A stretch of DNA of 64,000 bases, taken from the NCBI GenBank assembly GCA_964371075.1, contig CAYJKN010000006.1, positions 128,592 to 192,591 of the forward strand, written 5' to 3'. The stretch comes from an uncultured Ignavibacteriaceae bacterium (GTDB lineage: Bacteria; Bacteroidota; Ignavibacteria; Ignavibacteriales; Ignavibacteriaceae). Position 1 is the first letter of the stretch. The number at the start of each line of letters is the position of its first letter. The notes beneath the pieces are model-generated. The model was not told the DNA's origin. It saw only the letters and a list, made by a program, of their open reading frames with translations, and did not search any database. This document shows positions 54,817-64,000 of this stretch, one piece after another. A program made the position numbers and the translations under genes.

Positions 54817-57800
54817 TTATTTGTTAAGAATCATTTTCTTCACAGTTGAGAAGTTGCCTGATTCAAGTCTGTAGATATAAACGCCCGAAGCGAGTTTTGA
54901 AGCATTAAATGAAACTTCATAACTGCCGGCTTTTTGTATCGTGGAGACAAGTGTGGTAACTTTTTCACCAAGAGTGTTGTAGATGTGAAGTGAAACCATT
55001 CCATCAACAGGAATCGAATATTTGATCACGGTTGAAGGGTTAAATGGATTTGGATAGTTTTGCTCGAGAGCGAAAACAGTTGGTGTTCCAACTTCTACTT
55101 CCACTTCAGAGGAGTAAGTAGTTGTTCCATCATAATCCACTTGTTTCAAACGATAAATATATTTACCTGATTCAAGACCTTTGTCAACAAATGAGTAAGC
55201 AGTTGGTTCAAGTGAGTTTCCTCTGCCTGATACAAATCCTGCATTAACAAACGAACCATTTGCGATTTTCCTTTCAACGGAGAATCCCTGGTTGTTAACT
55301 TCTGTTGCTGTCATCCAGTTTACAAGAACTGAGTTTCCTTCTGCTGAAGCAGAGAATGAAACCAATTCAACAGGAACACCACCACCACCACTCATCATGA
55401 AATTTAATGCATTTGCGATGAAGTTTGCAGCTGCGGTTTGATTAACCATTGTACCAACAGAGAATGTAAAAAATGCATTTCTGATGTTGGTTGGATTGTT
55501 GTCAGGTGAATAGAGGATAATACCTGCTGTATCCTGATAGGTAGGATACCATCCTGCGATTTTATAGATACCCGGTTTATTCGGGATAATTCTCATTGCA
55601 TCTCTGTCACCATAAGAGGTACCTGTGAATGCAAGTGAATCGGGGATGTAGTTAGGCATGGTAAACATTTCATGTCCCGGAACTGTTTTTTTCAATAGTC
55701 CGGTACCTGACATGTCAGAAACCCATGATGAACATTGCAGAACATTATTACGGAAATAAGGATCTTTGTCGGTTGTTGTACCTGATTGACGATAAGTATA
55801 ACCAACTTCTCCACCCTCAACGATGGTTTTACCACCGCGAAGTGTATAGTTGACAACTGCTGTTCTTTTTGCAAGATTGTCAAAAATGGTTGTACCTGTT
55901 TTTACACCTGCAGTCATGATAACAACATCGTAGTTATCAAGAACTGTGGTATCAAAAGCTGTAAACGATACATTATCAACAATGTAACCTTCAGCAAGGA
56001 GTGTTGTACTAAAGAGAGTTCCCGAAGCTCCGAGAGGAGTGGATTCGTTGCCTCTTCCTTTTTCGCCTGATCTTTCAGCAAGAACAAGATCGTCATCAAT
56101 GATAAGAACAACACCAAGGGTGTTTATTACCTTAAATTGTGATGTACCTGAAGCAGGGAAATAAACAGTGTTTCTGCTTGTTGAATTATCCACAACTTTA
56201 ATACGGTATTGAACCGAGTCACCAGCGGTGATCTGGGTGGTATCGATATTAAAGAATCCTTCGTAAACGCTACCTGAAACATTGTTAAGTGAGAAAGTTC
56301 TCGGAGTAGCATTGTTTACTGTGTAGTCAACAGTTACTGAATAGATACCGAGGTTATCGGTAGCATTTGCAGAAACTTTAGGAGGCCATCTCAATTTGGC
56401 AACATCTCTAAGTGGTGTGTGTGTAACTACAGGAAGGGTATTGTCAGAAACAAATTTGAATGAATTCCAACCTGTGGATGATGGGTGATATCCAAGTGTA
56501 TGAGCTACACCGGCGTCTCTTGCTACAATTCTGTAGTAGATTGTATCACCAACAACAATATTTGCTGTATCCAATCCAAAAACACCTGAATACTGTGCTT
56601 CTGTTAACATAGAAAGGTTAATTCTGTTAAGAGTACCACTTGTATTCAATTTGTAGAGAACATAAACGCTATCGAGACCGATATTGTCTGTTACATCAGC
56701 CATTACCATGGCAGGCCAGGTTTCTCTGTATTGATCACCTAAAACCGAGTGGGTTACAACAGGAGCTTCGATGTCAGTTGCAACAACAAAACTAAGTTTG
56801 TTATTTGGTGCGCCTGAAGGGAATGACGAAAAACCACCGGTATTATCCATCGCATAGATGTAATAATTGTAGGTGTTTGGAAGACCATTTCCTGGTATTG
56901 AAGCAGTCCAGTTATTGCCTGAGGTATTGGTCATGATCAATGAATCAGTGATCTCACCATTTGTTCCTCTGCCGTAGAAAACTTTAACGCCGTTTGATGC
57001 GAGCGGAAGAGCTGATTCAACGGTTGCATTTACCACATAAGGACCTGCAAGATTTTCGGTATTGCCCAAAGGTTCATGATTGATTGTTGGACCAAATGAT
57101 GCTTTACCTACCCAACCCTGATAAGCGTTGGTTCTATCATCTGCCCAGTATGCCCAGACATTATTGTCTTTTGCTGCGATACCGATATAATCACCTTGAT
57201 AACCGCCTGCGAGACCGCTGATGGCTTTAGGTTTAAATTTAGAATCAGAGATTTTGATGTTTTCAAAAGTCACACCAAAATCGGTAGATCTTGCCATATA
57301 AACAGAGGCTGAGTCATTACTCATATCACGACTGTCATACCAAACCGAGTAAACATGTCCTGTAGTCTGATCTACTGTCATCCATGGGTAATATTGATCT
57401 TTACCATTGTTTATAGGATCGTTGTTAACTCTAACCGGGGTAGTCCATGTTGTTCCACCGTTTGTTGATTTCATCATCACGATATCAGGGTCACTTCCTG
57501 CAGGTGCAACACCTCTCTGTGGCCATGTAATATAGATGGTTCCGCTTCCCGGTCCGTTGGTTCTGTCAACAGCCATCGAAGGGAAAGATGAAACTCTGAT
57601 GGAAGTAGGTTTTAAGTTTCCACGGATACCAAAATTCAGTGCTGAGTAAGCTCTGATGGCAGGTGCCCATGTAACGCCGCCGTCTGTCGACTTGGCAAAC
57701 CCGATAGCATCTTCGCCACCCGGCCATGCATCATAGATTGCCCATGCTGCATATACTTCACCGTTTGGTCCTGTTGAAAGGTTTATACCTTGATCATGAC

Positions 57801-58575
57801 TACCGGATGCAACAGCAGCGGAAATGTTTTTTGGTGTGCTCCATGTCAGTCCATTATTACTTGACCAAACAAGTTCGATCTTTTCATTATTGGGACTTCC
57901 GGTAACAAAAGCTGTCCATGCATTGTATAACCTGTTAGCGTAAGGACTTCCCGGAGTTTTATCAGCTGTCATATGATTTTTATCAAGGAGATCTGCTGAG
58001 CTGGAAGGGTTTGGTCCTGCTTGTGAGGTTGTCCAGTTAACACCATTATTTGATGAAGAAGCTACTCCCTGACCACCACCGTTGTGAATATAACCAACAT
58101 GCATGTAGCCATTGGGTGCAATCACAGAAACAGGATCACCTGAGTTTCTTCCATATGGAGGATCATCCCAACCGGTCCAGTTTGTTCCACCATTGGTAGT
58201 GAGGTAAGTACCGGTACCATAAAGTGTACCGATTGTACTTCCATTCCATGAAGTGGAGTTTGCAGAAAGAAGAAGGATGTCCATATTTAATGGATGAACA
58301 TCGATACTGAGTTCTGACTGTGTTGAGTTGGTAGTTGGGAAAGGTCTGAAGTTAGGATAAAGAGTTGCTTCAGCGCCGGCAACGCGAAGATGCCGATTTA
58401 CATTGGGTGCAGGGATGTAGATAAAGGAATTATCTCCAGCTGCAGTTGTAAAATTTTGGTCTTTCATTATTTTCGACCAATATTTTGCATTACTCTTGTC
58501 CGGGTCAATCGAGTCCTGAGCGATCATTAGCCCTGAAAGAAAGACGAAGAGGAGAGAAAATCGTAAAAATGCCAT
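54817..58575 (-). CDS. Very large secreted BNR/sialidase-like protein with tandem Ig-like modules and T9SS C-terminal sorting domain
   Basis: Asp-box motifs (SSNNGVNWT, SNNGLTWS, STDGGVTWA, STNGGTTWT). Two tandem modules of about 110 aa (PVVTHSVLGD... and PVVTHTPLRD...). VPVELVSFSA module plus NYPNPFNPSTVIKYSIP...GVYIYRL CTD. Start moved to MAFLRFSLLF (58575), preceded by AAGGAG at 10 nt; the track start is 58623. Confidence 0.85.
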   Translation of the reverse strand: MAFLRFSLLFVFLSGLMIAQDSIDPDKSNAKYWSKIMKDQNFTTAAGDNSFIYIPAPNVNRHLRVAGAEATLYPNFRPFPTTNSTQSELSIDVHPLNMDILLLSANSTSWNGSTIGTLYGTGTYLTTNGGTNWTGWDDPPYGRNSGDPVSVIAPNGYMHVGYIHNGGGQGVASSSNNGVNWTTSQAGPNPSSSADLLDKNHMTADKTPGSPYANRLYNAWTAFVTGSPNNEKIELVWSSNNGLTWSTPKNISAAVASGSHDQGINLSTGPNGEVYAAWAIYDAWPGGEDAIGFAKSTDGGVTWAPAIRAYSALNFGIRGNLKPTSIRVSSFPSMAVDRTNGPGSGTIYITWPQRGVAPAGSDPDIVMMKSTNGGTTWTTPVRVNNDPINNGKDQYYPWMTVDQTTGHVYSVWYDSRDMSNDSASVYMARSTDFGVTFENIKISDSKFKPKAISGLAGGYQGDYIGIAAKDNNVWAYWADDRTNAYQGWVGKASFGPTINHEPLGNTENLAGPYVVNATVESALPLASNGVKVFYGRGTNGEITDSLIMTNTSGNNWTASIPGNGLPNTYNYYIYAMDNTGGFSSFPSGAPNNKLSFVVATDIEAPVVTHSVLGDQYRETWPAMVMADVTDNIGLDSVYVLYKLNTSGTLNRINLSMLTEAQYSGVFGLDTANIVVGDTIYYRIVARDAGVAHTLGYHPSSTGWNSFKFVSDNTLPVVTHTPLRDVAKLRWPPKVSANATDNLGIYSVTVDYTVNNATPRTFSLNNVSGSVYEGFFNIDTTQITAGDSVQYRIKVVDNSTSRNTVYFPASGTSQFKVINTLGVVLIIDDDLVLAERSGEKGRGNESTPLGASGTLFSTTLLAEGYIVDNVSFTAFDTTVLDNYDVVIMTAGVKTGTTIFDNLAKRTAVVNYTLRGGKTIVEGGEVGYTYRQSGTTTDKDPYFRNNVLQCSSWVSDMSGTGLLKKTVPGHEMFTMPNYIPDSLAFTGTSYGDRDAMRIIPNKPGIYKIAGWYPTYQDTAGIILYSPDNNPTNIRNAFFTFSVGTMVNQTAAANFIANALNFMMSGGGGVPVELVSFSASAEGNSVLVNWMTATEVNNQGFSVERKIANGSFVNAGFVSGRGNSLEPTAYSFVDKGLESGKYIYRLKQVDYDGTTTYSSEVEVEVGTPTVFALEQNYPNPFNPSTVIKYSIPVDGMVSLHIYNTLGEKVTTLVSTIQKAGSYEVSFNASKLASGVYIYRLESGNFSTVKKMILNK

Positions 58576-58783
58576 GAATATCTGGCTCCTTAAGTGAATA
58601 ATTGAAGTGAAATGTACCCTCAAATTACGGAATTATTGGTTTATATACAATCAATTTTACATGGGGGTGATTTAAAACATCTTTTAAATAAAAATTAAGT
58701 TTTAATAGCGTCCAAATTTTCGTGACTTTGCGCTTGGCTTCATAATAAGTATCTTTGAAATCATAAATCTAAAAGTTTTTGCA

Positions 58784-60412
58784 ATGAAGATCAACTTTAA
58801 TGACATTCCCGGGCAGTCACCACTTTACCTTGATTATCTATATAATTTTAAGAAAGTGGCAAAATATTACATAAAGGACTTTAGAAATGAGGCTATCTAC
58901 GAACCTCATTTTAAGGATGTTCTTTCAAAATATCCATCTGATAGAAAACAGGTGACTCAGACAATTAAAAACCAATATCTGAGTAAAAGGATATCCACAA
59001 AAACTTCGCAAAACATAAAACTTCTTGAAGAGAAAAACACTCTTGCGGTGGTTACCGGTCAACAACTGGGAATCGCCGGTGGCCCACTCTATACGATTTA
59101 TAAAACAATCACGGCAATTAAACTTGCCAACCTGCTTGCTCAGAAATATCCTGAAATGAATTTTGTACCTGTTTTTTGGCTCGCCGGTGATGATCACGAT
59201 TTTGAAGAGATCAGCTCGATAAATGTCATCAACAACGATAACAAAGTTGAAAAGATTACTTATAGCGTTGAAGAGGAAGGGGAAAAAGAAGCCGGAAGTG
59301 TGGGGGGAATCAGACTTGAACAGGAGATTGAAGATTTTATATCATCGCTCGGAAATTCTCTTCGCACAACAGAGTTTACGCAGGATGTTATCGGTTATTT
59401 AAGTTCCATCTATCAGCAGGGCAGAACAATAGCTGAATCATTTAGTGAAATGATGTTTAAGTTTTTTGACAAATATGGACTTGTTATTTTTAACCCTCAG
59501 ACTGAAGATGTTAAAAGGTTACTCGTGCCTGTTTTCAGAAAAGAGATTGAAAACTACAGAGCACATGCCACCAAACTTATTTCTGTAAGTGCGGGACTAG
59601 ATGAGGAGTATCATGCTCAGGTTAAGATTAGACCGATTAATCTTTTTGTCAATAATGAAAGAGGCAGATACCTTCTCGATCCTCTTGAGAACAATGAATT
59701 CAGATTAAAACGCAAGAAGGTTAAATTTACAAAAGATGAATTACTTCAGCTTCTTGAAAGTTCACCTGAAATGTTTAGTGCAAATGTGATTCTTCGTCCT
59801 GTATGTCAGGACTATCTTTTCCCGACAGCCTTTTATGTGGGTGGACCTGCTGAGATTTCTTACTTTGCACAGATTATCCAGCTTTACAAAGCATTTAATA
59901 TCGCTACACCAATTGCTTATCCGAGAATCAGTGCTACGATTGTTGAAAAAAGTGTTCAATCCCTTACACAGAAGTTTGACCTTACGGTGAAAGACTTTTT
60001 TGAACTGAAAGGTGAAATTTTTAACAGCGTTGCAGCAAAAATCTCAGAATATGATATCGACGGAAAGTTTGAAGTCAGCGAAAATAAAGTGGCAAATATT
60101 TTTGACGAATTAAAAGAATATCTGACTGAAATCGACAAAACTCTTACTGATCCTGTTGAACGAAGTAAACAAAGAACAATGCAATATTTTGTCGAGCTGA
60201 AAGCGAAAGCTGAATCCGCGAGACTCCGCAGACATGAAAGTACACTAAATCAGCTCCAAAAAAGTTATTCGATGATCCTCCCAAATGATAATCTTCAGGA
60301 AAGAGAATTAAATTATTTCTATTTTGCCAATAAATATGGTCTTGGATTTTATGAATACCTGATCGATAAACTTGATGTCGAATGTATCGACCATCAGGTG
60401 GTAATGTTATAG
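58784..60412 (+). CDS. bshC: Bacillithiol biosynthesis cysteine-adding enzyme BshC
   Basis: N-terminal LYLDYLYNF... and VVTGQQLGIAGGPLYTIYKTITAIKLA are the BshC/YllA signature. Length 542 aa fits. Confidence 0.8.
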   Translation: MKINFNDIPGQSPLYLDYLYNFKKVAKYYIKDFRNEAIYEPHFKDVLSKYPSDRKQVTQTIKNQYLSKRISTKTSQNIKLLEEKNTLAVVTGQQLGIAGGPLYTIYKTITAIKLANLLAQKYPEMNFVPVFWLAGDDHDFEEISSINVINNDNKVEKITYSVEEEGEKEAGSVGGIRLEQEIEDFISSLGNSLRTTEFTQDVIGYLSSIYQQGRTIAESFSEMMFKFFDKYGLVIFNPQTEDVKRLLVPVFRKEIENYRAHATKLISVSAGLDEEYHAQVKIRPINLFVNNERGRYLLDPLENNEFRLKRKKVKFTKDELLQLLESSPEMFSANVILRPVCQDYLFPTAFYVGGPAEISYFAQIIQLYKAFNIATPIAYPRISATIVEKSVQSLTQKFDLTVKDFFELKGEIFNSVAAKISEYDIDGKFEVSENKVANIFDELKEYLTEIDKTLTDPVERSKQRTMQYFVELKAKAESARLRRHESTLNQLQKSYSMILPNDNLQERELNYFYFANKYGLGFYEYLIDKLDVECIDHQVVML

Positions 60413-61302
60413 TGTATAACTTATTGAGCCCTAAAAGGCTTTTTCTTATTGGTCTGACATTTTTATTGGTTACTTCTTTTGTGACGACTCCGGCACAAAC
60501 TGAACCGGGCAGGCTCTACAAATTTCATCTGCAAAATGCCCCATTTCCCGATGAAGGAAGAATAAACGGCTATAATGGACTCCCGTATTCGGGGCATTAT
60601 GACGATAACACTGTGGCAGTATATGTGCCCCCGGGTTATAAAGTGAACCAGAGTGTCGATTTTGTTTTTTATTTTCACGGGTGGTACAACAATGTTGATG
60701 GTGTTTTGCGCGATTTTAAGATGCTTGAACAGTTTCTGGAAGCGAGGAAAAATGCTATTCTTGTCATTCCGGAGGGACCCAAAAATGCCGCAGACTCATA
60801 TTATGGCAAACTTGAATCAGAAAACGGGTTTTTGAATCTGCTTGAAGAGATTCTCGATTCGTTGAAGGGGAGAAAAGAGATAGAAGAAACCATTCCCGGG
60901 AAGATTGTTATCGCCTGCCACTCGGGGGGTGTGAGAGTGCTTTCAAAAATTCTGTTGTTTGGAGGAATTACACATCAAATTCGTGATGTCTATTTATTTG
61001 ATGCCACATATGGTTATGTGGATGAATATCTCGATTGGCTGATGACTTTTGAAGGAAAACTGATCAGTATCTGGACAGAAGGATCGGGTACCAGGGAGGG
61101 AACAATGAGAATGCTGCAAAGACTTGAAACCGGTAATATTCCACATCTCAACATTGAGGAAGCCGCCCTTCAAAAAGACGACCTTATCTATAACCGGATT
61201 ATTGTGATCAAAACACCACTTGCCCACAGCGATCTTGTTTTTCTCACCGGAAATTTCACAAAATTTCTGAAAACAAGTATGCTCGATTTGTTGGAGTTTT
61301 AG
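60412..61302 (+). CDS. Secreted alpha/beta-hydrolase-like protein
   Basis: Signal-like LFLIGLTFLLVTSFVTTPAQ. FYFHGW and a nucleophile-elbow-like IACHSGG. GTG at 60412 is preferred; the track ATG at 60382 overlaps bshC by 31 nt. Confidence 0.6.
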   Translation: MYNLLSPKRLFLIGLTFLLVTSFVTTPAQTEPGRLYKFHLQNAPFPDEGRINGYNGLPYSGHYDDNTVAVYVPPGYKVNQSVDFVFYFHGWYNNVDGVLRDFKMLEQFLEARKNAILVIPEGPKNAADSYYGKLESENGFLNLLEEILDSLKGRKEIEETIPGKIVIACHSGGVRVLSKILLFGGITHQIRDVYLFDATYGYVDEYLDWLMTFEGKLISIWTEGSGTREGTMRMLQRLETGNIPHLNIEEAALQKDDLIYNRIIVIKTPLAHSDLVFLTGNFTKFLKTSMLDLLEF

Positions 61303-61460
61303 GGGACGCAAATACATTTGGAAATGCAATAATCCAATAATGCAGTAATCCAATAATGTAAGCATGGGACGCAGATACACGCAGATTAGACAGAGTTACG
61401 CAGAGGGGGGATATTTACGCGGATTACACAGATTTTCACAGATTCCACGGATGAATTTAT
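61303..61460. repeat. Composite intergenic repeat (AATGCAAT/AATCCAAT octamers, GGGACGCAGATACAC core, CGCGGAT/CACAGAT/CACGGAT words)
   Basis: Five octamers at 61323-61362. Core 61366-61405 is 34/40 identical to the reverse complement of 3025-3066. The 61417-61453 words parallel 14359-14386. Module order is the same as at 14302-14400. Confidence 0.8.
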
Positions 61461-61480
61461 TTCACAAATAACTTAACTTT

Positions 61481-61553
61481 CAAGTTCTCAAGTTCTCAAG
61501 TTCTCAAGTTCTCAAGTTCTCAAGTTCTCAAGTTCTCAAGTTTCTCAAGTACT
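61481..61553. repeat. Tandem octamer array CAAGTTCT (6 perfect and 3 degenerate units)
   Basis: CAAGTTCT x6 (61481-61528), then CAAGTTTCT, CAAGTACT, CAAGTAC. The reverse complement AACTTGAG differs by 1 nt from the AACTTCAG word at 49886. The degenerate units encode the last residues (LEYLRNLRT) of the minus-strand aminotransferase. Confidence 0.9.
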
Positions 61554-62679
61554 CAAGTACCCTCTCCGCACCCTCTCTAAGAATTTCATCCCGTTTAGCA
61601 AAACAGACTCTTATCTTTTTCCCTGAATAATCGACAGAATAAAATGGAGAGAGGGGAATTACTGCCGTTCCTGCTTCTGCTGTCAGTCGTTTTGCAAATG
61701 TAAAATCATCCTCATTCGAATATTCAGAATAATCAAATATTTGAAAATATGTTCCTTCCGCAGGTGAAAATTTTAATTTTGTTCCGGTGAAAAAGGAATT
61801 CAGAAAATCTCTTTTTTTCTGATAAAATTCGTTTAGATGTAAATAATGTTCGGGATTTTTCAGGAACTCAGAATATGACATTTGTGCCGGCGTATTCACT
61901 GCAAATACCGTAAACTGGTGGATTTTTCTGAACTCTGCAATATATTTTGCAGGTCCTGCAATATATCCCACTTTCCAGCCTGTAGCATGAAAAGTTTTTC
62001 CAAAGGAAGAAATTACTAATGATCTTTCGGCGAGTTCGGGATATTTTGCCATGCTGGGGTGTTTTTTCCCGTCAAAAATTATATGTTCATATACTTCATC
62101 ACTTAGTATAAGAATCTCAGTATTCCGCGTGATGTCCATTAGTGTTTGAATATCATCGTCATGAAATGTTGTTCCAAGTGGATTGTGCGGTGAATTGATC
62201 ACAATCATTCTGGTTTTGGAGGTGATGGCTGCCTTTATTTGATCCCAGTCATATCTGAAATTTTCAGTGAGAGGAATTGGGACAGGTTTCCCACCGTTTA
62301 AGATAATTGAAGGGATATAAGAGTCGTAGGCCGGCTCTATCACAATAACTTCGTCTCCGGTGAAAACAAATGCATTAAATGCTGTAAAAAGTGCCTGGGT
62401 TGCCCCTGCAGTAATATTAATTTCATTATCGGGGTTGTAGTATCTGCCATAATCACGGTTGATTTTTGCTGAAATTTCTTGTCTCAAAGGTAAAACACCC
62501 GGCATTGGAGCATACTGATTGTTCCCCTCCCTCATATTTTTATCCATCAATTCAATCAACTCCGGAGACAGATCAAAATCGGGGAATCCTTGCGAAAGGT
62601 TTATGGCATTATGTTCTCTTGCAAGCCCTGACATCACAGCAAAAATACTTGTTGTGGCACCGGGAAGTTTACTCCTCAT
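61528..62679 (-). CDS. Class I/II PLP-dependent aminotransferase (YbdL/methionine aminotransferase-like)
   Basis: MRSKLPGATTSIFAVMSGLA...INLSQGFPDF, NPLGT, PLP-Lys motif SSFGKTFHATGWKVGY. Start moved to 62679 (the track start 62754 adds 25 unlikely residues). Confidence 0.85.
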   Translation of the reverse strand: MRSKLPGATTSIFAVMSGLAREHNAINLSQGFPDFDLSPELIELMDKNMREGNNQYAPMPGVLPLRQEISAKINRDYGRYYNPDNEINITAGATQALFTAFNAFVFTGDEVIVIEPAYDSYIPSIILNGGKPVPIPLTENFRYDWDQIKAAITSKTRMIVINSPHNPLGTTFHDDDIQTLMDITRNTEILILSDEVYEHIIFDGKKHPSMAKYPELAERSLVISSFGKTFHATGWKVGYIAGPAKYIAEFRKIHQFTVFAVNTPAQMSYSEFLKNPEHYLHLNEFYQKKRDFLNSFFTGTKLKFSPAEGTYFQIFDYSEYSNEDDFTFAKRLTAEAGTAVIPLSPFYSVDYSGKKIRVCFAKRDEILREGAERVLEYLRNLRT

Positions 62680-63031
62680 CTTGCAGCCTTTGTAATTCTT
62701 CTTTCGATTTTTTAGGAAGTGCTGCAACCACAAGCTCATAGGAGTGATCCACAAGTTCGTTTATCAGTCGGACTGGCACACTTCCATCAAATTGAACAGT
62801 ATTCCAGTGAACTTTATTCATGTGGTAACCCGGAGTAATTCCTTCATACGCTTCTCGAAGTTCTGCCGACCTTTCAGGATCACATTTTAAGCTGATACTG
62901 TGTGGGGGTGTAACCGAGATAATGGCAAACATTTTCCCCATAACTTTGTAAACGGGAGAGTCTTCGTCGAAAGGGAGAGTCTCCTCCACTCCGGGTTTGG
63001 ACATACAATAATTTCTTATTTGCTCGAGCAT
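62669..63031 (-). CDS. MmcQ/YjbR-family protein
   Basis: YCMSKPGVEETLPFDEDSPVYKVMGKMFAI...KCDPE...GYHMNKVHWNTV. Confidence 0.8.
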   Translation of the reverse strand: MLEQIRNYCMSKPGVEETLPFDEDSPVYKVMGKMFAIISVTPPHSISLKCDPERSAELREAYEGITPGYHMNKVHWNTVQFDGSVPVRLINELVDHSYELVVAALPKKSKEELQRLQDEE

Positions 63032-63036
63032 CAGTT

Positions 63037-64000
63037 TTATTTTGTCAGAGTGAGTATGTTATCTGAATTATCAACATCAGGAATTTTTGGAGAACCGAGT
63101 GTTATCTTATCGATCTTTTTAGTTCCAGATATATTCAAAACTAATGACTTTTCGCCATTTTTCCAAACTTCAGCTGTTTTTCTTATCGTTTCTGAAGTGC
63201 CATCATCAAATAAAACATCAATCACCACTGGAACAGGGAAATGACCTTTTTTTACCACTTCAAACTTTCTTTCGTTTTTAAGATCGATATCTTTTAATCC
63301 GAGGGAGGGATATCCATAATCAAAAAACCACGCCTTCCAGAACCAGTTCAGGTTTTTTCCTGAAGTTTTATTTATTGAGAAAAAGAAATCGTAGGGAGTT
63401 GGATGTTTGTGTTTCCAGACATTTACAAACTCCTGAAGTGATTTTTTCACCAAATCTTTCCCAATGATGTTCTCAAGAATCAGGAATGCTATTCCTGAGC
63501 GGCCATAAGCGCCAAACATGTGGGCGCCACCCTGGACAAAATGTGAAGGTATCATTAAAGGAATATCATTTTGTGTGCCCATCATCCGGCTGAGAGCCGT
63601 TGCTGTTATTTCATCATAACGAAGTCCATCAAATAATTTTGTTTGTTCACTTAATGGGAGATAAACAGCCATTCCTTCGTCAAGCCATGAAAACCTTTTT
63701 TCGTTTGTTCCCGTCAGGAACGGAAAATAGGTGTGAGCTATTTCGTGGGTGGTTACATAAGTTGCCAACCAGCGGTCGTTTTCAACATCCTGATTTACCA
63801 TCATCGGAAACTCCATTCCGCCACTACCATTAAATACAGTCATTGTTTCATAGGGGTAGGCAATTCCGGGAAATTCTTCAGAAAAATATTTGATTATATG
63901 GCGGGAGAGTGTAATCACTTCTCCAACCAGGGAGTCAGTCCCAGGTCGATACACAGAGCTGATCAAAACATTTCTTTTGCCACCTTCAACCGGCAGGCCA
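63037..64000 (-). CDS. M1-family (gluzincin) metallopeptidase, C-terminal part; gene continues past the right window edge
   Basis: HEIAH-X18-E zinc motif (THEIAHTYFPFLTGTNEKRFSWLDEG). The reading frame stays open upstream of the track start (...GLPVEGGKRNV-LISSVY) to position 64000. Confidence 0.8.
   Translation of the reverse strand, partial: GLPVEGGKRNVLISSVYRPGTDSLVGEVITLSRHIIKYFSEEFPGIAYPYETMTVFNGSGGMEFPMMVNQDVENDRWLATYVTTHEIAHTYFPFLTGTNEKRFSWLDEGMAVYLPLSEQTKLFDGLRYDEITATALSRMMGTQNDIPLMIPSHFVQGGAHMFGAYGRSGIAFLILENIIGKDLVKKSLQEFVNVWKHKHPTPYDFFFSINKTSGKNLNWFWKAWFFDYGYPSLGLKDIDLKNERKFEVVKKGHFPVPVVIDVLFDDGTSETIRKTAEVWKNGEKSLVLNISGTKKIDKITLGSPKIPDVDNSDNILTLTK

Noticed and set aside
58576-58623. 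Upstream start (MRVHFTSIIHLRSQIF...) for the 1268-aa T9SS protein
   Set aside because: The internal Met at 58575 begins a canonical signal peptide and is preceded by AAGGAG. The 16 extra residues are not signal-like.
60382-60411. ATG at 60382 as the start of the alpha/beta-hydrolase-like gene
   Set aside because: It would overlap bshC by 31 nt and add a non-signal N-terminus (MYRPSGGNVI). GTG at 60412 starts directly at the signal-like segment. This remains uncertain.
60994-61380. 128-aa minus-strand ORF
   Set aside because: It is antisense to the hydrolase gene and its 5' part is translated from the word-repeat element. It has no motifs.
1-64000. Prophage, integrative element or transposon content
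   Set aside because: No integrase, transposase, recombinase, phage structural gene or tRNA attachment site was recognised in any frame. The only mobile-like traits are the short dispersed repeats and the vapBC module.

Overview
AT-rich bacterial chromosome segment. T9SS-type C-terminal sorting domains (NYPNPFNPST...), pyruvoyl arginine decarboxylase, BshC and the gene order suggest an FCB-group organism, possibly Ignavibacteria/Bacteroidota-like (inference only). Gene content, left to right: (1) truncated copA with an HMA-AraC regulator, plus a GH13 amylase. (2) A hydrogenase locus at 3.2-11.3 kb: a histidine kinase whose sensor is an [FeFe]-hydrogenase H-domain-like module, two stand-alone receivers, a REC-PAS-kinase, then NuoE-like/NuoF-like/HydA genes. 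(3) A heme lipoprotein, an M15 peptidase and a NOL1/NOP2/Sun methyltransferase. (4) A complete dcw cluster at 14.7-31.4 kb (mraZ-rsmH-ftsL-ftsI-murE-murF-mraY-murD-ftsW-murG-murC-ftsQ-ftsA-X-ftsZ). X is an unannotated 195-aa ORF that aligns without gaps to the FtsZ GTPase domain but lacks the GTP-binding motifs. (5) A vapBC module whose toxin has an in-frame TGA. (6) A tight minus-strand array of propeller histidine kinase, cydAB, NYN and GH18. (7) sppA, smpB, pdaD, NlpC/P60, two large BNR/T9SS proteins, a golvesin-domain protein, cytochrome c, bshC, and an M1 peptidase/YjbR/aminotransferase operon. No tRNA, rRNA, CRISPR, transposase or integrase was found. The main structure not explained by genes is two families of intergenic repeats at gene 3' ends. 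They are built from degenerate 8-nt words (AACTTCAG/AACCCCGG, AATGCAGT, CAAGTTCT) and CACGGAT-type words, some arranged as forward plus inverted arrays. All calls come from reading the sequence by eye; no searches were run.
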